64,000 bases of DNA from Mobula hypostoma (Eukaryota). Both the position numbers and the translations under genes were made by a program. The notes below the pieces were generated by a model. That model made no database searches and was not told the DNA's origin. It was given only the letters and a program-made list of their open reading frames with translations. This document shows, piece after piece, positions 1-9,834 of the stretch. Position 1 is the stretch's first letter. Every line of letters begins with the position of its first letter. Where the stretch lies: positions 151,592,001-151,656,000 of the forward strand of contig NC_086097.1 in the NCBI RefSeq assembly GCF_963921235.1. The letters run 5' to 3'.

Positions 1-439
1 TCTGTCCTGAAACTGAATTGATGTTGGTAGAGATGTAAATGTTATCAGCTGTAACATTTACTCAGTTTCCACCTCCACAGCTGCTGCTTGACCTGTGGTA
101 TATTTCCAACGTTCTCTTTTATTCCATGTCCTGCAACTGCAGTTACATATTTATGTCATAGTTCCACAATTCTTTATCACTGCTTTCTTTTTTGTAGCCT
201 TTGAATTCTTTCTACTTGCACCTCCATCAGACAGCTCAGCTGCATTTAACAAGCCTTCACCACAGTAATGTTGATAGATTTTACCAGTGCGTAGTTTCAG
301 TGGTATACATTGCAGTATCATCTAGCAAAAATCTCCTTTTCTCTTTAGGAGTTATTTTTGACTCTGCCAGTACTATGATAAGCTACGCGTGGATTCATGG
401 TCAAGGTCTTAAATTAATGCTTCTCGTCTATATTTACTC

Positions 440-2293
440 TGAAGAGGACACAGATGCTAGGAAGTTTAGGAGAAGGAAGAGTTGATGTCCTGTAGCATAA
501 CTACATAACAAAGGAGGAAGTGTTGGAGGTCCTGCAATGCATGATGGATAATACATACCTAGGGTTTAATGAGATTTATCCTCGGATGTTATGGGAGGCA
601 AGGGACAAGAGTGCTAGCAGACATTACTGTATCTTTGTTAGCTACACGTGTAGAACTGAAAGACTGGAAATCAGCTGATGTTGTGCTTTTACTTAAGAAG
701 AGTAAGCTTTACATTAGTAGTGAGAACATAATTGGTAGGGATTCTGGAGACAGCATTACTGTATTTGGAAGTGCAAGGATAATTGTAACACGCTGTAAGG
801 TTTCACTGCTAATGTAATGGCTTCTTTGTAATGTTCACTGCTGAAGTAACAGTTTCTCTGTAGCAGCAATGTTTGGGCTATGGCTGGAGAAAACAGGACT
901 GTGGAATGCATGTTAACCAATCGAGATTTTGTTGCCCTGTCTTGTGAATCTGGAAGCAGTTGATTTCGTGGGCATTTGCCGGACAGAGATAGATAAAGTG
1001 AGAAGACGCGAATGGACAAACTTGGTAGACCGCCAGACAGGGTGGACTCGGATTGAGGGTCCGAAGGGCAGCAATGATCGAAGGAGGTTGATGGGGACCG
1101 ATAGGCCTATGAGTGAGCTCCAACTTTGCGCACAGACTGTTTAATAAAATTGGGCCCTTGTTTAAATTTTGTTTCTCTACTAACCATATAGTCAAAGTAA
1201 GAACTATAAAGCTTAATCATTTAATCGCATATTGTGTACTGTTTGTTATTTCGGGGTACTGATTTGTAACAGGGGACACTGCACAGCATCCTCCCAAACA
1301 AGATTTCTTAAGTTTGGCCAGACAGGGGGTTATCACCCCCTATATTAAGCCACTAGGCGAAGTGAGAGTTACATAATTAATACTAGTCAGCATGGATTTG
1401 GGCATGGGAAATCACCTCTCATGAATTTGATTGAGTTTTTTAAAGAGGTGACCAAGAGCACTGATAAAGGCAGTACGGTATTTATTGGCTACATGGAGGT
1501 GTCAAGGCCTTTGACATGGCTGTGCGTAGTAGGCTGGTCTGGAAGAATAGACACATGGGATCAAGGATGAAGTGGCTTATTGGATACAAAATTGCCTTGG
1601 AGGTCGGAGGCAGAGAGTGTAGTAGAGGACTGTTATTTAGATTGGATGCCCATGACTATGACCAGTGTTGTGTTGCATCGATTAGAGTTGTGTCCTCTAT
1701 CATTTGTCATTTATATTCATGATCTGCATGAGAATGCAGCTGACATCAGAACTGGTGGTGCAGTGGACAATGAAGCAGGTTGTCCAAAATTATAAAAGGA
1801 CATAAATCTACTGGGGAAGTGAGCAAGGGAATGATGGATGGAATTTAACTCTGACAAGTGTGAAGTGGAGAATTTTGGGACGTTAAATCAGACAGTTAAT
1901 GGCAGGTCCCTGGAGAGTGTTGCAAGTACACAGTTTCCCAGAAGTGGCAACACTGTTGGGATGTCATATTAGCATTATACGAAGCATTGGCTGGGCTGTA
2001 CTCAGTGTATTGAGTGTTGCTGCTGGTCGCATTATGGGAAGGATTTGATTAAACTAGAGACGGTGCAAAAAAGATTCACAAGGATATTGTGTAGACTGGC
2101 GAGCTTGAGTTATAAAGAGAGACTAGACTGGCTGGGACAGTTTTACCTTAAGCAAAGAAGGCTAAGGGGGTGATTGAGATAAAATTATGAGAGGTATAGA
2201 TAGGGTAGATAGCCAGAGTGTGTTTTCCATGGTATGAATGACAAAAACTAGAAGACACAGGCTTAGTGAGAGGGAAGAGATTGAAAGGGAACC
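440..2293 (+). mobile_element. Old degenerate CR1-type LINE (RT region), interrupted by a solo LTR (784-1373) and a Penelope element (2294-4145); resumes about 4146-4395
   Basis: Recognisable remnants of CR1 RT sequence (agtcagcatggatttg = SQHGF; ttgattgagttttttaaagaggtgacc = LIEFF.EVT; aaaagattcacaaggat = RFTR) with many stops; similar to the intact CR1 at 6568-8676. Confidence 0.85.
784..1373 (+). mobile_element. Solo LTR (590 bp), Gypsy/ERV-like
   Basis: Begins TGTAAC and ends GTTACA (perfect 6-bp inverted termini); 4-bp TSD TAAT at 780-783 and 1374-1377; AATAAA at 1143; host CR1 reads through when it is removed. Confidence 0.9.
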
Positions 2294-2296
2294 CTT

Positions 2297-3754
2297 GTTC
2301 AATTCCTTCCGACCTATGTTCGTGACACTTCTCACGCTCTTAAACTTTTCGATGATTTTAAGTTCCCTGGCCCCCACCGCTTTATTTTCACCATGGATGT
2401 CCAGTCCTTATATACTTCCATCCCCCATCAGGAAGGTCTCAAAGCTCTACGCTTCTTTTTGGATTCCAGACCTAATCAGTTCCCCTCTACCACCACTCTG
2501 CTCCGTCTAGCGGAATTAGTCCTTACTCTTAATAATTTCTCCTTTGGCACCTCCCACTTCCTCCAAACTAAAGGTGTAGCTATGGGCACCCGTATGGGTC
2601 CTAGCTATGCCTGCCTTTTTGTTGGGTTTGTGGAACAATCTATGTTCCGTGCCTATTCTGGTATCTGTCCCCCACTTTTCCTTCGCTACATCGACGACTG
2701 CATTAGCGCTGCTTCCTGCACGCATGCAGAACTCGTTGACTTTATTAACTTTGCCTCCAACTTTCACCCTGCCTTCAAGTTTACCTGGTCCATTTCCGAC
2801 ACCTCCCTCCCCTTTCTAGATCTTTCTGTCTCTGTCTCTGGAGACAGCTTATCCACTGATGTCTACTATAAGCCTACTGACTCTCACAGCTATCTGGACT
2901 ATTCCTCTTCTCACCCTGTCTCTTGCAAAAACGCCATCCCCTTCTCGCAATTCCTCCGTCTCCGCCGCATCTGCTCTCAGGATGAGGCTTTTCATTCTAG
3001 GACGAGGGAGATGTCTTCATTTTTTAAAGAAAGGGGCTTCCCTTCCTCCACGATCAACTCTGCTCTTAAACGCATCTCCTCCATTTCACGTACATCTGCT
3101 CTCACTCCATCCTCCCACCACCCCACTAGGAATAGGGTTCCCCTGGTCCTCACCTACCACTCCACCAGCCTCCGGGTCCAACATATTATTCTCCGTAACT
3201 TCCGCCACCTCCAACGGGATCCCACCACTAAGCACATCTTTCCCTCCCCCCCTCTCTCTGCATTCCGCAGGGATCGCTCCCTGCACAACTCCCTTGTCCA
3301 TTCGTCCCCCCCATCCCTCCCCACTGATCTCCCTCCTGGCACTTATCCGTGTAAGCGGAACAAGTGCTACACATGCCCTTACACTTCCTCCCTTACCACC
3401 ATTCAGGGCCCCAAACAGTCCTTCCAGGTGAGGCATCACTTCACCTGTGAGTCGACTGGGGTGATATACTGCGTCCGGTGCTCCCGATGTGGCCTTTTAT
3501 ATATTGGTGAGACCCGACGCAGACTGGGAGACCGCTTTGCTGAACATCTACGCTCTGTCCGCCAGAGAAAGCAGGATCTCCCAGTGGCCACACATTTTAA
3601 TTCCACATCCCATTCCCACTCTGACATGTCTATCCACGGCCTCCTCTACTGTAAAGATGAAGCCACACTCAGGTTGGAGGAACAACACCTTATATTCTGT
3701 CTGGGTAGCCTCCAACCTGATGGCATGAACATTGACTTCTCTAACTTCCGCTAG
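2297..3754 (+). CDS. PLE reverse transcriptase (N-truncated) + GIY-YIG endonuclease
   Basis: Frame open from VQFLPTYVRDT (2297) through the 453-aa ORF; motifs MDVQSLY, GVAMGTRMGP, RYIDD, Cys-rich linker CKRNKCYTC and VIYCVRCSRCGLLYIGETRRRL..RF.EH. Confidence 0.92.
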   Translation, partial: VQFLPTYVRDTSHALKLFDDFKFPGPHRFIFTMDVQSLYTSIPHQEGLKALRFFLDSRPNQFPSTTTLLRLAELVLTLNNFSFGTSHFLQTKGVAMGTRMGPSYACLFVGFVEQSMFRAYSGICPPLFLRYIDDCISAASCTHAELVDFINFASNFHPAFKFTWSISDTSLPFLDLSVSVSGDSLSTDVYYKPTDSHSYLDYSSSHPVSCKNAIPFSQFLRLRRICSQDEAFHSRTREMSSFFKERGFPSSTINSALKRISSISRTSALTPSSHHPTRNRVPLVLTYHSTSLRVQHIILRNFRHLQRDPTTKHIFPSPPLSAFRRDRSLHNSLVHSSPPSLPTDLPPGTYPCKRNKCYTCPYTSSLTTIQGPKQSFQVRHHFTCESTGVIYCVRCSRCGLLYIGETRRRLGDRFAEHLRSVRQRKQDLPVATHFNSTSHSHSDMSIHGLLYCKDEATLRLEEQHLIFCLGSLQPDGMNIDFSNFR

Positions 3755-4046
3755 GCCCCACCTTCCCCTCGTACCCCATCTGTTACTCTTTTTTATGCAC
3801 ACATTCTTTCTCTCACTCTCCTTTTTCTCCCTCTGTCCCTCTGAATATACCTCTTGCCCATCCTCTGGGTCACCCCCCCCCGTCTTTCTTCCCGGACCTC
3901 CTGTCCCATGATCCTCTCATATCCCCTTTTGCCTATCACCTGTCCAGCTCTTGGCTCTATCCCTCCCCCTCCTGTCTTCTCCTATCATTTTGGATCTCCC
4001 CCTCCCCCTCCAACTTTCAAATCCCTTACTCACTCTTCCTTCAGTT

Positions 4047-4082
4047 AGTCCTGACGAAGGGTCTCGGCCTGAAACGTCGACT
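4047..4082 (+). ncRNA. Minimal type I hammerhead ribozyme in the PLE terminal repeat
   Basis: AGTC-CTGACGA-AGGGTCTCGGCCT-GAAACGTC-GACT: stem I AGTC/GACT, core CUGANGA, stem-loop II, GAAA, palindromic ACGU stem III, GUC cleavage triplet. Confidence 0.85.
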
Positions 4083-4424
4083 GCGCCTCTTCCTATAGAT
4101 GCTGCCTGGCCTGCTGCGTTCACCAGCAACTTTGATGTGTGTTGCGGGAATCTGAAGGGTACATCTTTATGGTGAATAGTATCTGTAATGATCTGTGAGA
4201 GAAGGAGGTAGTGGCTGGAAGAGCACCAGCATTAAAGAGGCATCTGGGCAGGTACTTGAATGAGTAAGGCACAGAGGGATATTGAATTATTGCTGCTGTG
4301 GGATTGGTATGGATAAGCTTGATGGTCAGCATAGAAGCGATGGGAAGAAGGGTTCATTTCTATGCTGTACAACTCGTTGAATATATAATTCTATAACATG
4401 ATGCTGTGGTGTGTATTATTGCAA

Positions 4425-4983
4425 TCCCTAGCTGATATGCCTTCTTCTCCCTTTTACTCTCTGTCTCCATATTCACTTTTCCAAAACCATGTAAAGAATG
4501 GAGATGGTTCACTGTCTGAGAAGAATGCTGCAGAAAGATCAACAGCTCCAACCCTCAGCCAGCAGCACCACCACTTGTGTCCATCAATCTGTCTTGGTCA
4601 AGTCAGGTCGAGGTTATTGTCATGTGCAGCTTGTCACCCTATCAGACCATTCCGTGCACATTTCCCCCCTCCTCCCCCTACCCCAACCCCTTCTCTGTAA
4701 CATAAACGATGCTTAATTTTTAACATTTCCCAGTTCTGATGAAAGGTAAACCTGTGAAATGCTAACTCAATGTTTCCCTCTCCACAGATGCTGCCTAGCC
4801 TTCTGAATATTTCCAGAATTTTATGTTTATATTTAGAACGCCAGCTCAGAGAGCTGAGAAAACTGCTGGCCATTTTGCAGCACTCATCTCACACAGGGAA
4901 ATAAGTCCTTTTTCTTCATGGTGTTAGGAAGGTAAACATGGAGCCAGAGAGAAAAAGGGCGAGGAGAAAATATGGGCTGGGGA
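4425..4983. repeat. Gapless imperfect inverted repeat (arms about 4425-4548 and 4859-4983)
   Basis: Manual alignment of the reverse complement of arm 1 to arm 2 gives about 87/123 identities with no gaps; a PLE-tail fragment (about 4700-4835) lies in the spacer. Confidence 0.75.
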
Positions 4984-6567
4984 CAAATTCGAAAGCAAGG
5001 TCAGAAGGGCATTTTATTTCACAGTGCTTTCAAAAGTCTGGGGACTGGTGCTAAGGTGGACAATTTGGCAGGAAGTTGCAAAAAGTGCAGTATAAGGGTT
5101 AAGGTAACAGCTGCTGGCAGAGTGGAAAATAAATCCCAAAGAGCATAGGAGATTTTGACTAGATGATACTGCAGTGTATATTACTGAAATTACACACTGG
5201 TAAAATCAATCAACATTAATGTGGTCATCTCCCTTGGGAGTTTCAATTATCCTCTAGCAACTACTTTAAAATCATGAAAATACTAAGAATTATGAATGGT
5301 TTATGACCTCAGGCTTCTTACCCACTGAAACAGCAGCTCCAGCATTATCCATTTAATATGATTCCCTTTGCTGCAACTTTTTCATTTACTTTTACGGCCA
5401 ATAATTTTTCATTGTTTCTTTTTCTCCTACTGAAGAAACAAAGCATTTCAGTATCTTCACCCTGAGGCGATTCTATATATTTGACAGGTTATTTGATGTC
5501 ACAAAAGACCACAGATGAAGCTGCTCCTCATTTAATGCACACACATGCATGCCCGCAGAAGTCATCAGGCAACGGTGAAGACTGGCCAGAATGGCTGATA
5601 TTTTATTCTTGTAAAATATTAGCACCAATGCAAAGTTGAAACGAGTTACTCGCTTTATGTGAACTCGGCCAACCCAGCACACAATGAGGAACAAACCAAA
5701 AACTTTTCTGGCCTGGCTAACTCAGTTCCATGCCAAAGTATGCAGTTACCAAATGGATCATCAATGGAGCTGTCAGAGTGTTTAATGCAAGATGCTCTAC
5801 ACTTTGACACTGCCTCTCATCCAGTATAGAGCTGCATTTTGTGTTGCTAAATAGAAAAATGACAAATGTAAGTGTGTCCGACTGCCTTAAAACAATGTTA
5901 TTTGTTTTTGAAAGGTGCTGTGGATGATGATGTATGTGAAGAACGGCAAAGTACTAATTCAACACATTCGTTCTGCCACCAAGACTTCTGAGCAGTTGTC
6001 ATCCAGATTTTCAGTCTGAAAACCGGCGCCTAGGATTCATAGTTTTTCAATAGCTGCAAGCTATTAGTGGGTCAGATGGTGGAATTGAAAGCCTGATTCA
6101 GGGCAGGCTTTGTTCCATGCATGCTCCTCAATTAATCATTGCTGGCCAGTTGCCTATGAGCTTGATGTAGCTGCAGCAGAAGGAAAACTGAAAAGTTTGA
6201 ATGATAATGAAAAATGTGCTTTATGCTGAGAGGACAAAAAGGGACTTGTGAACTTCAGTCAATTTTAAAAGTTGCTTTTTCTCTTTGCTATTGAATTGTT
6301 CTTTAAAGAGGCATTGACACTTCAGCAGAAAACACTGCTTCAAAATCAATTGGAAAATTTGCATTCCCTGAGATACAACAAGAAGAATGAGGATGGAAGA
6401 CTGAGGTGCACTAGGAATAGGAAAATATCAGTTAGATTTTTTCTCTCTTACTCAATCTCTTCATCCCATTTTATTTCCAGAAACTACAACATTAACAAAT
6501 TAATTCGTAGAGATAATCTTGTATCCACGAAATTAGATGGATTGGAAGGTGTTAGTTCTGCACCATA

Positions 6568-8570
6568 ATGAACTACAACAATTGTTCATCCCAGTTTGGC
6601 AAAAGAATAAATCAAGGAAGGTAGTGCACCCGTGGCTGACAAGAGAAATTAGGGATAGTATCAATTCCAAAGAAGTAGCATACAAATTAGCCAGAGAAAG
6701 TGGCTCACCTGAGGACTGGGAGAAATTCAGAGTTCAGCAGAGGAGGACAAAGGGCTTAATTAGGAAGGGGAAAAAAGATTATGAGAGAAAACTGGCAGAG
6801 AACATAAAAACGGACTGTAAAAGCTTTTATAGATATGTAAAAAGGAAAAGACTGATAAAGACAAATGTAGGTCCCCTGCAAACAGAAACAGGTGAATTGA
6901 TTATGGGGAGCAAGGACATGGCAGACCAATTGAATAATTACTTTGGTTCTGTCTTCACTAAGGAGGACATAAATAATCTTCCAGAAATAGTAAGGGACAG
7001 AGGGTCCAGTGAGATGGAGGAACTGAGCGAAATACATGTTAGTAGGGAAGTGGTGTTAGGTAAATTGAAGGGATTGAAGGCAGATAAATCCCCAGGGCCA
7101 GATGGTCTGCATCCCAGAGTGCTTAAGGAAGTGGCCCAAGAAATAGTGGATGCATTAGTGATAATTTTTCAAAACTCGTTAGATTCTGGACTAGTTCCTG
7201 AGGATTGGAGGGTGGCTAATGTAACCCCACTTTTTAAAAAAGGAGGGAGAGAGAAACCGGGGAATTATAGGCCGGTTAGCCTAACGTCGGTGGTGGGGAA
7301 ACTGCTGGAGTCAGTTATCAAGGATGTGATAACAGCACATTTGGAAAGCGGTGAAATGATCGGACAAAGTCAGCATGGATTTGTGAAAGGAAAATCATGT
7401 CTGACGAATCTCATAGAATTTTTTGAGGATGTAACTAGTAGAGTGGATAGGGGAGAACCAGTGGATGTGGTATATTTGGATTTTCAAAAGGCTTTTGACA
7501 AGGTCCCACATAGGAGATTAGTGTGCAAACTTAAAGCACACGGTATTGGGGGTAAGGTATTGGTGTGGGTGGAGAATTGGTTAGCAGACAGGAAGCAAAG
7601 AGTGGGAATAAACGGGACCTTTTCAGAATGGCAGGCGGTGACTAGTGGGGTACCGCAAGGCTCAGTGCTGGGACCCCAGTTGTTTACAATATATATTAAT
7701 GACTTGGATGAGGGAATTAAATGCAGCATCTCCAAGTTTGCGGATGACACGAAGCTGGGTGGCAGTGTTAGCAGTGAGGAGGATGCTAAGAGGATGCAGG
7801 GTGACTTGGATAGGTTGGGTGAGTGGGCAAACTCATGGCAGATGCAATTTAATGTGGATAAATGTGAAGTTATCCACTTTGGTGGCAAAAATAGGAAAAC
7901 AGATTATTATCTGAATGGTGGCCGATTAGGAAAAGGGGAGGTGCAACGAGACCTGGGTGTCATTATACACCAGTCATTGAAAGTGGGCATGCAGGTACAG
8001 CAGGCGGTGAAAAAGGCGAACGGTATGCTGGCATTTATAGCGAGAGGATTCGAGTACAGGAGCAGGGAGGTACTACTGCAGTTGTACAAGGCCTTGGTGA
8101 GACCACACCTGGAGTATTGTGTGCAGTTTTGGTCCCCTAATCTGAGGAAAGACATCTTTGCCATAGAGGGAGTACAAAGAAGGTTCACCAGATTGATTCC
8201 TGGGATGGCAGGTCTTTCATATGAAGAAAGACTGGATGAACTGGGCTTGTACTCGTTGGAATTTAGAAGATTGAGGGGGGATCTGATTGAAACGTATAAG
8301 ATCCTAAAGGGATTGGACAGGCTAGATGCAGGAAGATTGTTCCCGATGTTGGGGAGGTCTAGAACGAGGGGTCACAGTTTGAGGATAGAGGGGAAGCCTT
8401 TTAGGACCGAGGTTAGGAAAAACTTCTTCACACAGAGAGTGGTGAATCTGTGGAATTCTCTGCCACAGCAAACTGTTGAGGCCAGTTCATTAGCTATGTT
8501 TAAAAGGAAGTTAGATATGGCCCTTGTGGCTACAGGGGTCAGGGGGTATGGAGGGAAGGCTGGGTTCTGA
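6568..8570 (+). CDS. CR1 ORF2, C-terminal part (reverse transcriptase)
   Basis: KSPGPDG, NYRPVSLTS, LDFQKAFDKV, SGVPQGSVLGP, FADD; the first ~10 codons of the 6537 ORF are flanking DNA. Confidence 0.93.
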
Positions 8571-8676
8571 GTTGGATGATCAGCCATGATCATAATAAAT
8601 GGCGGTGCAGGCTCGAAGGGCCGAATGGCCTACTCCTGCACCTATTTTCTATGTTTCTATGTTTCTATGTTTCTAT
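6568..8676 (+). mobile_element. Young 5'-truncated CR1 LINE
   Basis: Uninterrupted RT frame, 3' UTR and (TTCTATGT)n tail at 8647-8676; nearly identical to the copy at 27165-30926. Confidence 0.97.
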
Positions 8677-9439
8677 AATAAGGGATGTTTCTGTTGTATT
8701 GGCAAAAGTCCAATCAGATTGACTGCTGGTGAACCTATTAGAAACTCTGCCTACTGTGATCAAATGTTTTCAATTTTAAACCCGAGAAATGAAAATTCAT
8801 CCTTAGTTGCATATTCTAAGAATGTAATATGGTAGCAATTGTGCATTGAACTTTGCTTCTGAAATCAGGCCTCAGTCACTTTTAACCTCAATCTTCCTAA
8901 TTGTTTCCCCTCTCCTTCCCCATTTTCCTGCTTTTTAAAACTTGTTTGTTTCTAACCCTTCAAAGTTCTGATGGAGAGGCATGGAATTGACACTTTTAAT
9001 CAGTTTCTCTCTCCATCCGTCTTTCCTCTATTTTACTTTTTGTTTTATTTTGCATTTCCAATAATTGTGACATTTTAATTTTTGAGTTTGGCAATCACAT
9101 TTTAGTGCTTTATATGCTTGGACTGCTATGGCCCTTTGAAACCTTATTGTTCTTAGTTTTCAGTACTCAAATTAAAATATAGCATTACATAAAAGCAACA
9201 GAAAAAGGTTAAATAAAGACTCACTGTATTCAGACAGATCTGACAGATCATACCAGTGTGAAATTGAACTGTCTCGTGCTCTCTTCTCCATGAAAACAAA
9301 AACTTGAGGAGAGATCTGATCAAGGTGCATGATGAGCTGTGCAGCAGAGGCTCATGAATCCACAAATGAAAAGTTGGTTTATTCAAGTTCTTCTCAAGAC
9401 TATGGTTCAATCTAAGTGGATGGAGGTCCTTCTTATTTC

Positions 9440-9675
9440 ATCCCTCTGCCTCGCCCAGTTATTTTCCCTCTCACCTGGTCTCACCTCTCACCTGCCAGCT
9501 GGTACTCCTTCTCCCCGTTCTTATTCTGACTTCTGCCCCTTCCTTTCTGGTTCTGATGAAGAATCTCAGCATGAAATGTTGATTTATTTTTCTCCATAAA
9601 TGCTGTCTGACTTGCTCGGCTCCTCCAGTATTTTGTGTGTGGGTTTCCAGCATCTGCAGAATCTCGTGTTTATGT
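9440..9675 (+). mobile_element. PLE 3' terminal fragment with decayed hammerhead
   Basis: ggttctgatgaagaatctcagcatgaaatgttgatt followed by a tail resembling 4090-4145. Confidence 0.7.
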
Positions 9676-9834
9676 CAGCATCATCTATTTGTTTCTGAAT
9701 TTGTTGAAATCCATTTGTCTGTGTTTCAACCATTCAATGAATATATCATTTTCTCATTGTAATTTTTTGCACACATCTAAAATATGTGATATGCTACTAT
9801 CATTTAGGTCAACAATTTATCTGGATATGTGATA

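Larger units (their letters stand above)
2294..4145 (+). mobile_element. Young 5'-truncated Penelope-like retroelement (PLE), with 3' repeat/UTR
   Basis: Open RT + GIY-YIG frame, pyrimidine-rich 3' UTR and hammerhead motif; flanked by GGGAACC (2287-2293) and GGGAATC (4146-4152), a probable TSD in the host CR1. Confidence 0.93.

Noticed and set aside
201..485. 94-aa ORF after a polypyrimidine-AG
   Set aside because: Non-AUG start, no recognisable domain, no convincing donor; its 3' part runs into CR1 remnant
2859..3431. 190-aa Ser/Pro-rich ORF overlapping the PLE ORF
   Set aside because: Alternate-frame shadow of the C-rich PLE coding strand
6537..6567. AUG giving the truncated CR1 a 677-aa ORF
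   Set aside because: Chance in-frame AUG in flanking DNA; no evidence of expression or domestication
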